Below, piece after piece: positions 38,681 to 50,006 of a stretch of DNA of 64,000 bases. The DNA lies in IMG/VR virus record IMGVR_UViG_3300028198_000256, positions 32,001-96,000 of that record. One strand, given 5' to 3'. The position numbers and the translations under genes are program-made. Position 1 is the first letter of the stretch. Each line of letters begins with the position of its first letter. The notes below the pieces were generated by a model. That model did no database searches. It had not been told where the DNA came from and saw only the letters and a program-made list of their open reading frames with translations. The DNA is from a virus.

Positions 38681-39175
38681 TATATATAAGAGGATTTCTG
38701 TTGCCAAGTATCCCCAAACTCCGCATACTTATATACTAAGCTGCAACCGCAAAATTATCATCTGCATTTATTTTTTTGATTTTTACATCTTTCTTGATGA
38801 ATAGTCCATATACAATATAGTACATTGTCGAATCTGTTCTCCCCCACAAAAATTGTCTAGTCACAACCCAAAAGTCCTGCAGAACTTCATGAACGCCACT
38901 TGCGGCTAAGGATACCCGGGAGTTTGTTGTCCCGTGTTCACATACGTCCATATATACATTGTAGAACCCATCATCGCTGGTTTGGTGCTAAGTTAAATGA
39001 ACCCGTTGGCTCTGGGGGAATTCCCCCTCACCATCTTTCGTACGCTCCATCTATTCTACTAAGTATACCGTGTGTCACACATTCCGTATATATGCATTAT
39101 ACATCTACACTAGACAATTTATGTGGAAGAGGTGGGAATCGCACCCACGTCCAACATACATAAAATATACTTCAA
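38681..39175 (-). ncRNA. ssrA: Circularly permuted (two-piece) tmRNA; tag (A)ADDNFAVAA; outer ends approximate
   Basis: Acceptor piece first: GGAC-GTGGG-TGCGATT-CCCAC-CTCTTCC-A, ending at 39124. Coding piece begins at 38845 GGGGGAG-AACAGATTCGAC (G3.U70). Resume context ATAAAT-GCA; tag ORF 38765-38736. Confidence 0.88.
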
Positions 39176-39179
39176 ACTA

Positions 39180-39482
39180 TTATGCTTTTAACTTTAAATC
39201 TTCCTCCGTTACAATATCTTCATACCCATCATACTCACGAACATAAAACTTTAACCCCTCTGTAACATATGACAATCTCATATTATCAAACTCATATAAA
39301 TTATGAGTTGGTTCTGACATCTCCATCACCTGTTTATGAAATGATTTCTCATCCCCATGCAAAAATTCATAAATTAATTCAGCATCCATTCTAAGTGATT
39401 GGGGTTTAATGGAAAATCCACTACCCCAACCAGCATGTATAAGAACTCCTACTTTACCATCTGCACTATAATATTTGCCCAT
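39180..39482 (-). CDS. Conserved hypothetical phage protein
   Basis: GKVGVL..AGWGSGFS...FYVREYDGYE. Confidence 0.65.
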   Translation of the reverse strand: MGKYYSADGKVGVLIHAGWGSGFSIKPQSLRMDAELIYEFLHGDEKSFHKQVMEMSEPTHNLYEFDNMRLSYVTEGLKFYVREYDGYEDIVTEEDLKLKA

Positions 39483-41463
39483 CTAAATTCTCCACTAATT
39501 GTGCATCTTGAGAATGATATTGTTTAGTGATTTCTTTATCTGTTTCATCTGAATAATGTAATGGACCACCTCTAAATGGAGCAAATCCAGTACCAAAAAT
39601 AATACCAGAATCTATAAGATCAGCAGACTCTACAATACCATCATACAAACATAATTTACACTCTCTAATAATTTTTTCAATTAACCTTGTCGTTATCTCT
39701 ATTTTAGGATCCGCATAAACCGCATCCACGGGTTTACCTTTGTCATATATGTAAAACCCACTACCAGATTTAATACCCAATTTACCCTTGTCTACTAACT
39801 TCTTTAATCTTTTTGGAACAGTAATTCCAAGATCCTCACTTATTATATCCGTAACAAAATAACAAACATCAAGTCCTACAGTATCTGCCAATAATAATGG
39901 ACCCATTGGCATACCAAAATCAGTAAAAGAATTGTCAATTTCTTCTTTACTATATCCCTCATCCAACATATTAATAGCCTCAATAAGTGTAGGCATTAAC
40001 ACACGATTAACTAAAAATCCTGGACTCGATTTGACTTTTAATGGTAACTTATCAATATGTCTACAAAATGACATAGACTTCTCTATAACATCCTCTGATG
40101 TAATATCTGAATATACCACTTCAACCAAAGGCATTTTTGCAACTGGATTAAAGAAGTGTATACCAACTAATCTCTCAGGATTTTTCATTTCACTTGATAA
40201 TACTTCCAACTTGATAGAAGATGTATTAGTGCCCAATATAGCAGTACGTTTCATTTCAGATTCTAATTCACTATATAATTGACGTTTAATATCCGCATTT
40301 TCAACAATAGCTTCAATGACTATATCTGCGGAAGATATACCATATCCATTTTTATCAGGAATCAACCTATCATACACGTCATTGATTAAATAATCCTTTC
40401 CAGAAAATCTTTTTACATAAAATTTATACGATCTTTTCATTGCGGCAGCTATGGTGTTATCATCAATATCTTGTAAAGTCACCTTATATCCCCTTAGAGC
40501 CGCCCACATTGCAATGTCTCCACCCATTACACCAGCACCTATAACGTGGACATGTTTAAGATCTAACTTAGATTTATCACCAGAAGATTTAAGTAAATCC
40601 TGTAACATAAACACTCGTAATAAATTCTTTGCAGTATCTGTCATTGCTAACTTAGAAACCGACTCCGCCTCTGCATTCATAAAATGATGCTCATCATATC
40701 CATATTTTTCCCATATATCAACTAAAGCATATGGAGCAGGATAATGTTGTTTATTTGCCTCTTTCCTTAAATTTCTACGTATCTGCATTGATAATAACTT
40801 TCTACCAATACCAGAATTCAATACAGAATCTAATTTATCTGGTCGTCTAACGGGAGGACACTTTGCAAGTACATCTTCCGCAGATTTAACTAATAAACGT
40901 TCAGGAACTGCATAATCAACTAATCCCATCTTTTTTGCCTGATATACTGATAAAGTACGTCCACTTAACATCATACCCATAGCCTTAATAACACCAAGAA
41001 CTCTAATAGACCTAACAGAACCACCAAATCCAGGATGTATCCCCAACTTAACTTCAGGAAATCCGACTCGGATATTAGGAGAATCTAATATAATTCTATA
41101 ATCACATGATAATGCAAGTTCCAATCCACCACCAAGACACAATCCATTAATTAATGCCAATGTAGGAAATTCCATATCATCAATTAACCACATCACTTCT
41201 TGTCCTTTAGTAATGGCTTCATAAGCATCATCATACTCATGGAAATCCTTAAATTCTGTAACATCAGCACCAGCAATAAACCCAGTTGATTTATCAGAAC
41301 AAATAACCATACCATCAGGATTATCAGATTTAACCTCTAATAATACATCTTTTAATTCCGTTAATACTTCACCAGATAATACATTCATACTACCATAAGA
41401 ATAATCAAAATGTACCCATGCTATATTGTTAGAATATTTTAATTTAAAATGTTTATAATTCAT
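39466..41463 (-). CDS. fadJ: Fatty-acid oxidation multifunctional enzyme (enoyl-CoA hydratase / 3-hydroxyacyl-CoA dehydrogenase)
   Basis: FIAGAD, CLGGGLELALSCDYR, PEVKLGIHPGFGG, GAGVMGGDIA, TNTSS, HFFNPV, GFLVNR, FGTGFAPFRGGP. Confidence 0.93.
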   Translation of the reverse strand: MNYKHFKLKYSNNIAWVHFDYSYGSMNVLSGEVLTELKDVLLEVKSDNPDGMVICSDKSTGFIAGADVTEFKDFHEYDDAYEAITKGQEVMWLIDDMEFPTLALINGLCLGGGLELALSCDYRIILDSPNIRVGFPEVKLGIHPGFGGSVRSIRVLGVIKAMGMMLSGRTLSVYQAKKMGLVDYAVPERLLVKSAEDVLAKCPPVRRPDKLDSVLNSGIGRKLLSMQIRRNLRKEANKQHYPAPYALVDIWEKYGYDEHHFMNAEAESVSKLAMTDTAKNLLRVFMLQDLLKSSGDKSKLDLKHVHVIGAGVMGGDIAMWAALRGYKVTLQDIDDNTIAAAMKRSYKFYVKRFSGKDYLINDVYDRLIPDKNGYGISSADIVIEAIVENADIKRQLYSELESEMKRTAILGTNTSSIKLEVLSSEMKNPERLVGIHFFNPVAKMPLVEVVYSDITSEDVIEKSMSFCRHIDKLPLKVKSSPGFLVNRVLMPTLIEAINMLDEGYSKEEIDNSFTDFGMPMGPLLLADTVGLDVCYFVTDIISEDLGITVPKRLKKLVDKGKLGIKSGSGFYIYDKGKPVDAVYADPKIEITTRLIEKIIRECKLCLYDGIVESADLIDSGIIFGTGFAPFRGGPLHYSDETDKEITKQYHSQDAQLVENLDGQIL

Positions 41464-41466
41464 AAT

Positions 41467-42771
41467 TTATCTCTTTAAATTTTCAACTAATATTGCACCA
41501 CCTTGTCCATGTCCAATACATAAAGATGCAACCCCATAATGTCCACCACTTGATTCTAACGTCTTAATTAAATGATATACTATCCGTGTTCCAGAAGCAC
41601 CTACAGGATGTCCTATACTAATAGAACCACCATGAACATTTAATTTTTCATCAGGTATTAACCCAAATGGTTCATTCAATCCAAACTCAGATAAACAATA
41701 ATCTGCATCATTCATTGCCCTTGTACAACCAATAACTTGTGATGCAAAAGCTTCATTTAATTCCCAACTATCAATATCATCACATCGTAACCCATTTCTC
41801 ATAACAAGAGGAACTATTGACTGAACTGGTCCCAATCCCATCTCTGATGGATCTACTCCAGCCCACTTAGTATCAATAATTTTTGCAATAGCTTTATCAC
41901 GTAACCCATACTTATCCAAGGCATCCTCACTTGCCAACAAAACAAATGAAGCACCATCCGTAATAGGTGAAGAATTACCCGCAGTCACATTACCAAATAT
42001 TTTATCAAAAACTGGTCTTAATTTCCCTAATTTTTCAATAGTGTTCTTGGATCTAACAGATTCATCTTTATTGTAAAAATTCCCATCAGTATCATATATA
42101 GTAACAATCTCATCCTCTAATACATTAGTATTTTGTGAGATAGACGCTTTCATATGACTATCTAATGAATAAGCATCCATATCATTTCTAGATATATTAA
42201 ACTTATATGCCAAATTCTCGGCAGTCTGTCCCATTGATAAATTAATAGTTGGATCTTTTAATGCACGTAATAAACTAATCACTGGAACTAATAACTTAGG
42301 TCTAAACTTAAGTAACACAGACAACTTCTTAGAAAATGTCTTAGCTAATGTAAATTCAGACAACCACATAGTCATATCATCATTAAATAATAATGGTGCC
42401 CTACTCATAGTTTCCGTACCACCAGCAATAATCAAATCAGACTGTCCACAAGATATACTCCTATATGCCGAATCAATTGACTGCAAACCAGAAGCACAAT
42501 TTCGTTGTACCGTATATGCCGGTATATTAACATTAAGTCCTAATCGTAATGCTAACAATTTTGCAATATTACACTCATCGGCGTTGGGGTTCATGCAACC
42601 AACAACCAATTCATCCACATCATCATTACCAATATCATTACGAATCAACATAGGTCTAACCACCTGAATAGCCAAATCCAATGCCTTAAACTTTCCAGGA
42701 CTTCCTTTAGCCTTTAAAAAAGGTGTCCTACTACCATCTACAATATATACATCATTTAACTTATATTTCAT
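41467..42771 (-). CDS. fadI: 3-ketoacyl-CoA thiolase (FadI/FadA)
   Basis: RTPFLKA, QRNCASGLQ, TAGNSSPITDGA, NEAFA, GHPVGASG, LCIGHGQG. Confidence 0.93.
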   Translation of the reverse strand: MKYKLNDVYIVDGSRTPFLKAKGSPGKFKALDLAIQVVRPMLIRNDIGNDDVDELVVGCMNPNADECNIAKLLALRLGLNVNIPAYTVQRNCASGLQSIDSAYRSISCGQSDLIIAGGTETMSRAPLLFNDDMTMWLSEFTLAKTFSKKLSVLLKFRPKLLVPVISLLRALKDPTINLSMGQTAENLAYKFNISRNDMDAYSLDSHMKASISQNTNVLEDEIVTIYDTDGNFYNKDESVRSKNTIEKLGKLRPVFDKIFGNVTAGNSSPITDGASFVLLASEDALDKYGLRDKAIAKIIDTKWAGVDPSEMGLGPVQSIVPLVMRNGLRCDDIDSWELNEAFASQVIGCTRAMNDADYCLSEFGLNEPFGLIPDEKLNVHGGSISIGHPVGASGTRIVYHLIKTLESSGGHYGVASLCIGHGQGGAILVENLKR

Positions 42772-43160
42772 AACTACTATCCCCCTTCTTCAAGGTCTTC
42801 CTTTAATTTCATAAATTTCTTACGTTCCAATAATAACATATAACACCTACCACAATGCCACGTGCTATCATCTTTTAATAATTTTTTAACCAAATCTAAC
42901 TTCAATTCACAATAACTAATATCATTACATAAGCATATTATATTCCTATGCCCTATCATGTCCAATCATGGTATGTTGTCCTTAACCGAAATGAGTCCTG
43001 TTGCAATAATTATCCATATCGGTATTAATACAAATAAAATACCTAACAATATTTTATTTGTAATATCTTCAGCCTTCACCGACATATTCATAACATTACA
43101 TAAAATCACAAATGACAATATACATAACCAAACTATTTCAAACCATCCCATTTTAAACTC

Positions 43161-44183
43161 CTATTCAAACTTTGACAAAGACCGTAATATCTTTTCATGT
43201 TTAGAATTAATATTTTTAGGAATTTGCAAATCAATACTACATATTAAATCTCCAACACGACCATTACCTCGACGTATACCTTTACCAGTTATTCTTAATA
43301 ACTTACCAACAACACTCCCACGTGATATTCTAACTTTAAGAGTGGTATTATCTAATAAAGTTAACTGAACCTCACCACCCAAACACAAAGTGGAATATCC
43401 AACCTCTAACTTACGAATCAAATTAAAAGCATCTCGTTGATATATGTCATGTGGTAATATTTTAACTGATATATATAAATCACCGACAACACCATTATCT
43501 TTGTTAGTAAATCCACGTCCTTGATATCTTAACCTCTCACCACTGGTTATTCCAGAAGGTATAGTTAATTTAAAATTTTCCTGTTTTTTTGTATAACCTT
43601 CCCCATTACACACTTTACAAGGTTTTATTATAACCTTACCACGACCACTACAATAACCACACTCAGAAGCAACCCTTTGTCCAAACAGATTAGAATGATA
43701 TAACATACCATTACCACCACAAGAACGACAATCAATCTCATCTTTAGGAGATAATATACCACTACCCCTACATGGTGTACATCTATATTCCTTTGGTATC
43801 TTTATTTCTAAATCATCACCATATACTGATTGTTGTAAAGTTAAAGAAACCGTATATTCAACATCACGACCCCTATGGTTTTGTCTTGGTCGACTTTGTT
43901 GTTGTCCAAACCCACCGAATATATCTGAAAATGGATCAAATCCACGTCCACCCTGTCTTTGTGTATCATGTCCAAATGTATCATACTGTCTGCGTTTTTC
44001 AGAATCAGACAAAATTTCATACGCCTCAGTAACATCTTTAAACTTAGATTCACAAACAGTATCACCCTGGTTTTTATCAGGGTGATATTTCATTGCCAAC
44101 TTACGATAACTTTTCTTTATATCACCAGAAGATGCATTCTTCTTCACACTCAATACATCATAATAATCACGTTTAGACATCAA
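43161..44183 (-). CDS. dnaJ: Chaperone DnaJ
   Basis: J-domain HPD, G/F region, four CxxCxGxG repeats. Confidence 0.95.
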   Translation of the reverse strand: MMSKRDYYDVLSVKKNASSGDIKKSYRKLAMKYHPDKNQGDTVCESKFKDVTEAYEILSDSEKRRQYDTFGHDTQRQGGRGFDPFSDIFGGFGQQQSRPRQNHRGRDVEYTVSLTLQQSVYGDDLEIKIPKEYRCTPCRGSGILSPKDEIDCRSCGGNGMLYHSNLFGQRVASECGYCSGRGKVIIKPCKVCNGEGYTKKQENFKLTIPSGITSGERLRYQGRGFTNKDNGVVGDLYISVKILPHDIYQRDAFNLIRKLEVGYSTLCLGGEVQLTLLDNTTLKVRISRGSVVGKLLRITGKGIRRGNGRVGDLICSIDLQIPKNINSKHEKILRSLSKFE

Positions 44184-44192
44184 ATCACCGAA

Positions 44193-46103
44193 TTATTTAG
44201 TTTCTGTTTTTTCTTCTGGTGTCGGTTCCACAATCTCAGCATCTACAACTTCTGCCTCTTCGGGAACGACACCATCAACGACTTCTGCTTCAGGTTCCGG
44301 AACTGGCTTTTGTAAAGTTGCAGATAACTCAGCCAACGATTGCACTTTAGTATTAATATCATCTAAATCTTCACCAGACATAGATTCTTTCAATTCAGAA
44401 ACACTATTTACGATCTTCTCACGTTCTTCATCTGGTACTATAATTTCTTCGTCTGCTAATTTCTTCTCAACATCATTAATAAATCCTTCCGCCATATTTC
44501 TTGCACCAACCAACGCAGTATACTTATCATCTGCATCTTTATGTTCTTCACCCTCTTTAATCATACGTTCTACATCTTCATCAGATAACCCCGATGAAGA
44601 TTTAATTTCAATTGATTGTTCCTTACCAGTGTTTTTATCCTTGGCAGAAACATGCATAATACCATTAGCATCAATATTAAATTCAACTTCAATTTGTGGT
44701 GTTCCGCGTGGTCCTGGTTGAATTTCTGTTAAATCAAATCTACCTAAAGAATTATTACCAGAAGCAACTGAACGTTCACCTTGAAGAACATGAATAGTTA
44801 CAGCTGATTGATTATCCTCTGCCGTCGAAAATACTTCACTTTTTTTCGTTGGAATGGTGGTATTCTTTTCAATTAATGTGGTCATAACACCACCCATCGT
44901 TTCAATACCTAATGACAATGGAGTAACATCAAGCAATAACACATTGTCAATACCACCAGATAACACACCACCCTGTGTAGCAGCACCAAGAGCAACTGAC
45001 TCATCAGGATTTACATCCTTTCTCGGTTCAATTCCAAAAATAGATTTTACCATTTCTTGAACTTTAGGCATTCTAGTTTGCCCACCAACTAAAATAACAT
45101 CATCGACCTTAGTAATGTCTGCATCCTTTAACGCAGTAACACATGGGTTTTTTGTACGTTCAATTAATTCAGATACCATCTTCTCCAATTTAGAACGTGA
45201 AATCTTAACATTTAAATGTTTAGGACCAGTAGAATCCGCAGTAATATATGGTAAATTTACTTCAGTTTCTTGAGTCGATGACAACTCAATTTTACACTTT
45301 TCTGCCGCTTCTTTTAATCGTTGTAATGCAATAGGATCATTATGAAGATCTACACCATTTTCTTTTTTAAATTCATCACAGAGATAATCAATAAGTCGTA
45401 AATCGAAATCCTCACCACCTAAAAATGTATCACCATTAGTAGACAATACTTCAAAGGAATATTCCCCATCCACATTCGACATCTCAATAATAGAAACATC
45501 AAAAGTACCACCACCAAGATCATAAACAGCAACTACCTTATCATCTTTAATATCACCCTTATCTAAACCATAAGATAGAGCCGCAGCAGTAGGTTCATTG
45601 ATAATTCGCATAACATCTAGTCCTGCAATCTTACCAGCATCCTTTGTTGCCTGTCTTTGTGAATCATTAAAATAAGCAGGAACAGTAATAACCGCCTGTG
45701 TTACTTCAGAACCCAAATATGACTCCGCATCTTTTTTTAATTTCATTAAAATTTTTGATGAAATTTCTGGGGGAGATAATAACTCACCACCAGATTTTAC
45801 CCACGCATCACCATTATCCGCCTCTACAATGTCATAAGGCACCATAGATATGTCCTTTTGAACTGCATCATCTTTAAACTTTCTGCCAATTAATCTCTTA
45901 ACCGCAAACAATGTATCTTTTGGATTAGTCACCGATTGTCTCTTAGCCGACTGTCCTACTAATATTTCCGAATCCGAATGTGAAACTATAGATGGTGTCG
46001 TCCTAGAACCTTCACCATTTTCAATTACTACTGCCTTACCATTCTCTAATACAGCTACACATGAATTAGTAGTACCCAAATCAATACCAATAATATTACC
46101 CAT
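44193..46103 (-). CDS. dnaK: Chaperone DnaK (Hsp70)
   Basis: [47 protein letters not shown]. Confidence 0.97.
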   Translation of the reverse strand: MGNIIGIDLGTTNSCVAVLENGKAVVIENGEGSRTTPSIVSHSDSEILVGQSAKRQSVTNPKDTLFAVKRLIGRKFKDDAVQKDISMVPYDIVEADNGDAWVKSGGELLSPPEISSKILMKLKKDAESYLGSEVTQAVITVPAYFNDSQRQATKDAGKIAGLDVMRIINEPTAAALSYGLDKGDIKDDKVVAVYDLGGGTFDVSIIEMSNVDGEYSFEVLSTNGDTFLGGEDFDLRLIDYLCDEFKKENGVDLHNDPIALQRLKEAAEKCKIELSSTQETEVNLPYITADSTGPKHLNVKISRSKLEKMVSELIERTKNPCVTALKDADITKVDDVILVGGQTRMPKVQEMVKSIFGIEPRKDVNPDESVALGAATQGGVLSGGIDNVLLLDVTPLSLGIETMGGVMTTLIEKNTTIPTKKSEVFSTAEDNQSAVTIHVLQGERSVASGNNSLGRFDLTEIQPGPRGTPQIEVEFNIDANGIMHVSAKDKNTGKEQSIEIKSSSGLSDEDVERMIKEGEEHKDADDKYTALVGARNMAEGFINDVEKKLADEEIIVPDEEREKIVNSVSELKESMSGEDLDDINTKVQSLAELSATLQKPVPEPEAEVVDGVVPEEAEVVDAEIVEPTPEEKTETK

Positions 46104-46125
46104 TTTTACTTCTCCTTTCTCAATT

Positions 46126-46428
46126 TTAAATTAAACCGCTTTTCTTTCTTGCATTATTAATAATCTCTGTATTCTTTACAGTTTTCGCGTCCCTACCACC
46201 CAACTTCTCAGCAAGTGGGGTATAAGGATTATTCTCTGCAACTTTAGAAAGTACCTCTTTAAACCCCTCACTGACTTTCATATCACCCCTACCAGATATT
46301 ATCTTAGGAGCACCAATTATTTGTTTTATATTAGAGTTATCTGATAAAAATACATCCTTTTCAGATATACTAATAAACTTATCGAATACTTCGTCCGTAT
46401 CATTATTTTTAAATGTATATATAGGCAT
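46126..46428 (-). CDS. FmdB-like T4-type hypothetical protein
   Basis: MPIYTF...GFKEVLSKV. Confidence 0.65.
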   Translation of the reverse strand: MPIYTFKNNDTDEVFDKFISISEKDVFLSDNSNIKQIIGAPKIISGRGDMKVSEGFKEVLSKVAENNPYTPLAEKLGGRDAKTVKNTEIINNARKKSGLI

Positions 46429-46944
46429 CTATTTTCTTACCATTATTCTTAATTCTAAATTATCACTTTCTTTACAGAAAGTCTGTTCGAAATTAGATTC
46501 CATTTCTTCCATATAATCCCTCTCTATATATAAATTACTATTTATTTTTTTATCTAATACTGTCGCAATATAAAACATATTAATATATTTCCAATATGTC
46601 ATATATGTATAATACCCACCAATAATATGTACATTCATATGTGAATGATCGGACAACCACGACAATGAATCAGATATATTAATCTTAAATGATTTCTCAT
46701 CATATGTTATTTCATTATTAGTCACAACATACTTCATATAATCTTCTGGTAATATACTAAATAATTGCTTATATGTATTATGCCCCATCAACAATATACC
46801 ATTTCTCATTCTCATAGTACGGTCAAACCACGCCTGTGTCTTTTTAGAATACACAACAAGATTACAACCATTATCATCAATGCCATAATCTTCACTCAAT
46901 ATTATACTTGCACTTACTGTCCTTTTTGTATTAATCATATTCAA
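46429..46944 (-). CDS. Divergent dihydrofolate reductase-like protein
   Basis: YGI...GN-like start, LLMGHNTY, VVT, HIIGG...Y. Confidence 0.6.
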   Translation of the reverse strand: MNMINTKRTVSASIILSEDYGIDDNGCNLVVYSKKTQAWFDRTMRMRNGILLMGHNTYKQLFSILPEDYMKYVVTNNEITYDEKSFKINISDSLSWLSDHSHMNVHIIGGYYTYMTYWKYINMFYIATVLDKKINSNLYIERDYMEEMESNFEQTFCKESDNLELRIMVRK

Positions 46945-47345
46945 TCTAATAAATTTGGAAACACCTCGTCTACTAATCTTCTAGTTAACCACTTAACCTT
47001 CATTTTTTTATTTATAATTTTGACAACGATCTCAGACTCTTTATGATGTAAACTCTCCAAGAATTGAATAAATCTATGTTCACTCCTATAATTAACGAAA
47101 TAAGATTCATCTAAAAATACTTCAAATTCTGATAACCTTTTATGCAAATTACTTAGAGTATATCCCTCCGGAGAATCATCAGGAGTATACTTAGGCACTT
47201 TATCTAATGCAAAATGAAAATCATCAAACATCAATTTTAATGTTTTTAATAATAACTTACTATTATTTTGCAATAACACATGTTTTCTTTCTTTTGTATT
47301 CTTTGCCTCATCAAACTCAAAAAATACTTCGTGTATATGTTTCAT
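46941..47345 (-). CDS. Conserved T4-like hypothetical protein
   Basis: IHEVF...E..FIQFLESLH..E...VFPNLL. Confidence 0.65.
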   Translation of the reverse strand: MKHIHEVFFEFDEAKNTKERKHVLLQNNSKLLLKTLKLMFDDFHFALDKVPKYTPDDSPEGYTLSNLHKRLSEFEVFLDESYFVNYRSEHRFIQFLESLHHKESEIVVKIINKKMKVKWLTRRLVDEVFPNLLD

Positions 47346-48222
47346 TTATATCCTCTTTAAAATTATCTAATTGCATAAAAAACATCATCATTCTACGTGC
47401 TTGAAAATATTCCATCATAGTACGATTGTTACCATTTGGAGATTTAACGAAAGAATCCAATATATTATTAACAATTTCATCTGGTATACATGAAAAATCT
47501 ATAAGTTGTTTGTTTCTATCATATCTTCTAATCATATCCTCATTACAAAATTCTGAAGGGTTCTTCGATATATCCATCATATCAATTATACTTTTTTTAC
47601 GTAAAGATGTCTGCCGTTTACCAGTTGCGAATACATCATCATCTGATAATATATTTGGAATTCCATCTGATCTATCACCCCTTATAATATGTTCTCTTAA
47701 AAACTTTAATGGGTTATCAGTAACTAAAAACTTACCAGCACTTTGACTATATTGAAACACGCCATCATAAATTTGTAATTGTTTAAAATCTTTATCAGAA
47801 GATAATATCAATACCTTTTCAAGATGATGATACTCTTTAGTCAAAATTGCAATAATGTCATCTGCCTCAGTTTTATCAATCTCTAACACTCTATATGGAA
47901 AATAATCAACCAAATCCTTCTTTATGGAAGACATGCCATCAAATACAAATTTCCAATCAAATTTAGAAGTCTCTCTATCTTTCTTCCTAGAATGTTTATA
48001 ATACGGAAATATATCCTTTCGCCAAAAATGTTTATTATCACAACATATAACAATATTACCATATTTTTTAGAATATTTCTTTTTAACAGATAATACATAT
48101 TCTAAAAATAAATTCATAACCGCAGAATATTCAACTATATCATCTGGTTCCTCTCTTAACGTATTGTTCAATTCCCTAATAGATAAACTTATTATAATTT
48201 GATTAAAATCTATTAATATCAT
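47317..48222 (-). CDS. rnh: T4-type RNase H (5'-3' exonuclease)
   Basis: MILIDFNQI, WRKDIFPYYK..R, EADDIIA, SSDKDFKQL, GDRSDGIPN. Confidence 0.93.
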   Translation of the reverse strand: MILIDFNQIIISLSIRELNNTLREEPDDIVEYSAVMNLFLEYVLSVKKKYSKKYGNIVICCDNKHFWRKDIFPYYKHSRKKDRETSKFDWKFVFDGMSSIKKDLVDYFPYRVLEIDKTEADDIIAILTKEYHHLEKVLILSSDKDFKQLQIYDGVFQYSQSAGKFLVTDNPLKFLREHIIRGDRSDGIPNILSDDDVFATGKRQTSLRKKSIIDMMDISKNPSEFCNEDMIRRYDRNKQLIDFSCIPDEIVNNILDSFVKSPNGNNRTMMEYFQARRMMMFFMQLDNFKEDINETYTRSIF

Positions 48223-48739
48223 ATATCACCAATTTATTCACCAAAATCTAAACTAAGGTATTCCGTCACGTCAACATTAGTTCCGCACATACTACAGTAT
48301 TTAACACCATTATCATCGTCATCCATCAACACCACCACATATTCAGATTCACAATTATCACATTTTATTTGTATATCCATATACCTATCCCTCTCTTAAT
48401 AATCAGAACACATCTTCATCCCTTTGAAATTTCTTACTTACTTTTTTATCCTTAAAAGTATTTCTGTATTCTATTTGTTCCCATCTAATTTTACCATACA
48501 TAGAAATAAAACTCTCTTTATCCATTTCTAACCAATCGTTCTCAGACTCAAAATCTATATCATGTAAATTCATTTTAGACATAATACTACACCTACTCTC
48601 CTAACTCATTTTTTTAACAATTCTTCTATATGATCAACTACAGAAGTACTCCTTGCAGCCAACCAAACATTAATATACTTATATCCATATTTTTTACCAA
48701 ATTCAATCATACTCATAGTTTCAACATCATCACTCATAC

Positions 48740-49159
48740 TCATACTCCAATAACCCTATTAGCCTCTTCTATCATATCATCCGCCTCTTTTGAATATGTA
48801 TAAAATTCATATTCATGTCTATCCCAATCTTCAATACAATATTTCTTGACAAAATCTTCTTTTGTCATATCATACCACTCTTCCGACTGTCCTGCATAAT
48901 TATATAAATACTTAAATTCAATAACATTCTCTGGTCGAAATGATCTCCAACCCTGTGAGTTAACATCCCACACAGAAATAACTAATTCAGATACATTACC
49001 ATTACCCTTTGGTAAAAACGATTCAGGAACAAAAATCATATCTAATGTGCATGACATAACACGTAAATCACCATTAACTTTATTAAAAGTTACTTCACAC
49101 ACACCATCTTTTAAAGAGTTAACCATTCCGCTCTTACTTCTAATATCATTCATAATCAA
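48740..49159 (-). CDS. SH3-barrel (DUF2693/WYL-like) phage protein
   Basis: VTFNKVNGDLRVMSCTL...VWDV...GWRSFR. Confidence 0.75.
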   Translation of the reverse strand: MIMNDIRSKSGMVNSLKDGVCEVTFNKVNGDLRVMSCTLDMIFVPESFLPKGNGNVSELVISVWDVNSQGWRSFRPENVIEFKYLYNYAGQSEEWYDMTKEDFVKKYCIEDWDRHEYEFYTYSKEADDMIEEANRVIGV

Positions 49160-49750
49160 CCACCCTCATATAACGCAGCACCAGTAATCATTGATAAAAA
49201 CCCAACAAACGAATATGAAATCATAGAACCAATATCATACGTCGCAGAATCAACAACCCCTAGAATAACAAAAAAACCCAAAACACTCAATAAAACACAT
49301 AAAAAATTATACATATATCCTCATATTAAACTAATTAAAAAACAAAACCAAACTATATTAATACATATCAATTCAATTAATATATCTATTATAAAATCAT
49401 AAATTCTTTTTGGCAATATAGTCATGACTATAATCTATCTCAGTATGTGTATCTCTATCATGATCGTGAACACTCGCATAATCACCATTTACAATCGGTA
49501 TAACAAATACTATCCATAAAAAACCAACTACTATGCACAACATAGTAACTATAATTTTCTGTATAGTTAACTTATCCATGGCAGATTACCCCACTAATAT
49601 ACGATTCTGCACTTCCTCTATCTCAACATCAGTAAATACCTTATTACCAACTAAAGCTGGAAACAGTAATAACATTATAATTAAACCAAACATCAATCCC
49701 AATAAAACCAATCTTCTTATTAAAATACTCATTTTAATACTCCATTAAAT

Positions 49751-49972
49751 TTAAAAAAACCATCTATAAATAGCTACAATGTCAATAACAAAATAAACAA
49801 CATTCATCCACATTAAAGAATATTCATGAATCCTATACCCATAAATACACCAAAGAATTGAAGAAACTCCAAATAATATAAAGGAATATGGACTAATAGT
49901 TATATTCAATGCCAATAATATTGCGGCAACAACTCCAAAAATGGTTCCCCAATCGGCAATATTAAGTTTCAT
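49751..49972 (-). CDS. Small membrane protein
   Basis: Three hydrophobic helices; consensus promoter immediately upstream. Confidence 0.65.
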   Translation of the reverse strand: MKLNIADWGTIFGVVAAILLALNITISPYSFILFGVSSILWCIYGYRIHEYSLMWMNVVYFVIDIVAIYRWFF

Positions 49973-49977
49973 AACAC

Positions 49978-50006
49978 ATTATATCATAAAGTCATCTAAT
50001 TGTCAA
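49978..50006 (-). promoter_or_regulatory. Consensus sigma70 promoter
   Basis: TTGACA-17-TATAAT, ending 5 nt before the ATG at 49972. Confidence 0.8.

Noticed and set aside
38736-38951. 71-aa minus-strand ORF ending ADDNFAVAA
   Set aside because: It is the tmRNA tag frame extended upstream through RNA structure, not a protein gene.
38846-39123. RNase P RNA, 6S, SRP, hammerhead or group I/II intron identity for the tmRNA insert
   Set aside because: Lacks GAGGAAAGUCC, the SRP GGAA-loop domain, the CUGAUGA core and recognisable intron catalytic domains.
19939-46103. Metabolic genes as bacterial chromosome or host contamination
   Set aside because: They share strand and AT-rich composition with the phage genes, overlap or abut them, lack cellular operon context, and FadE is trimmed. 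Read coverage should still be checked.
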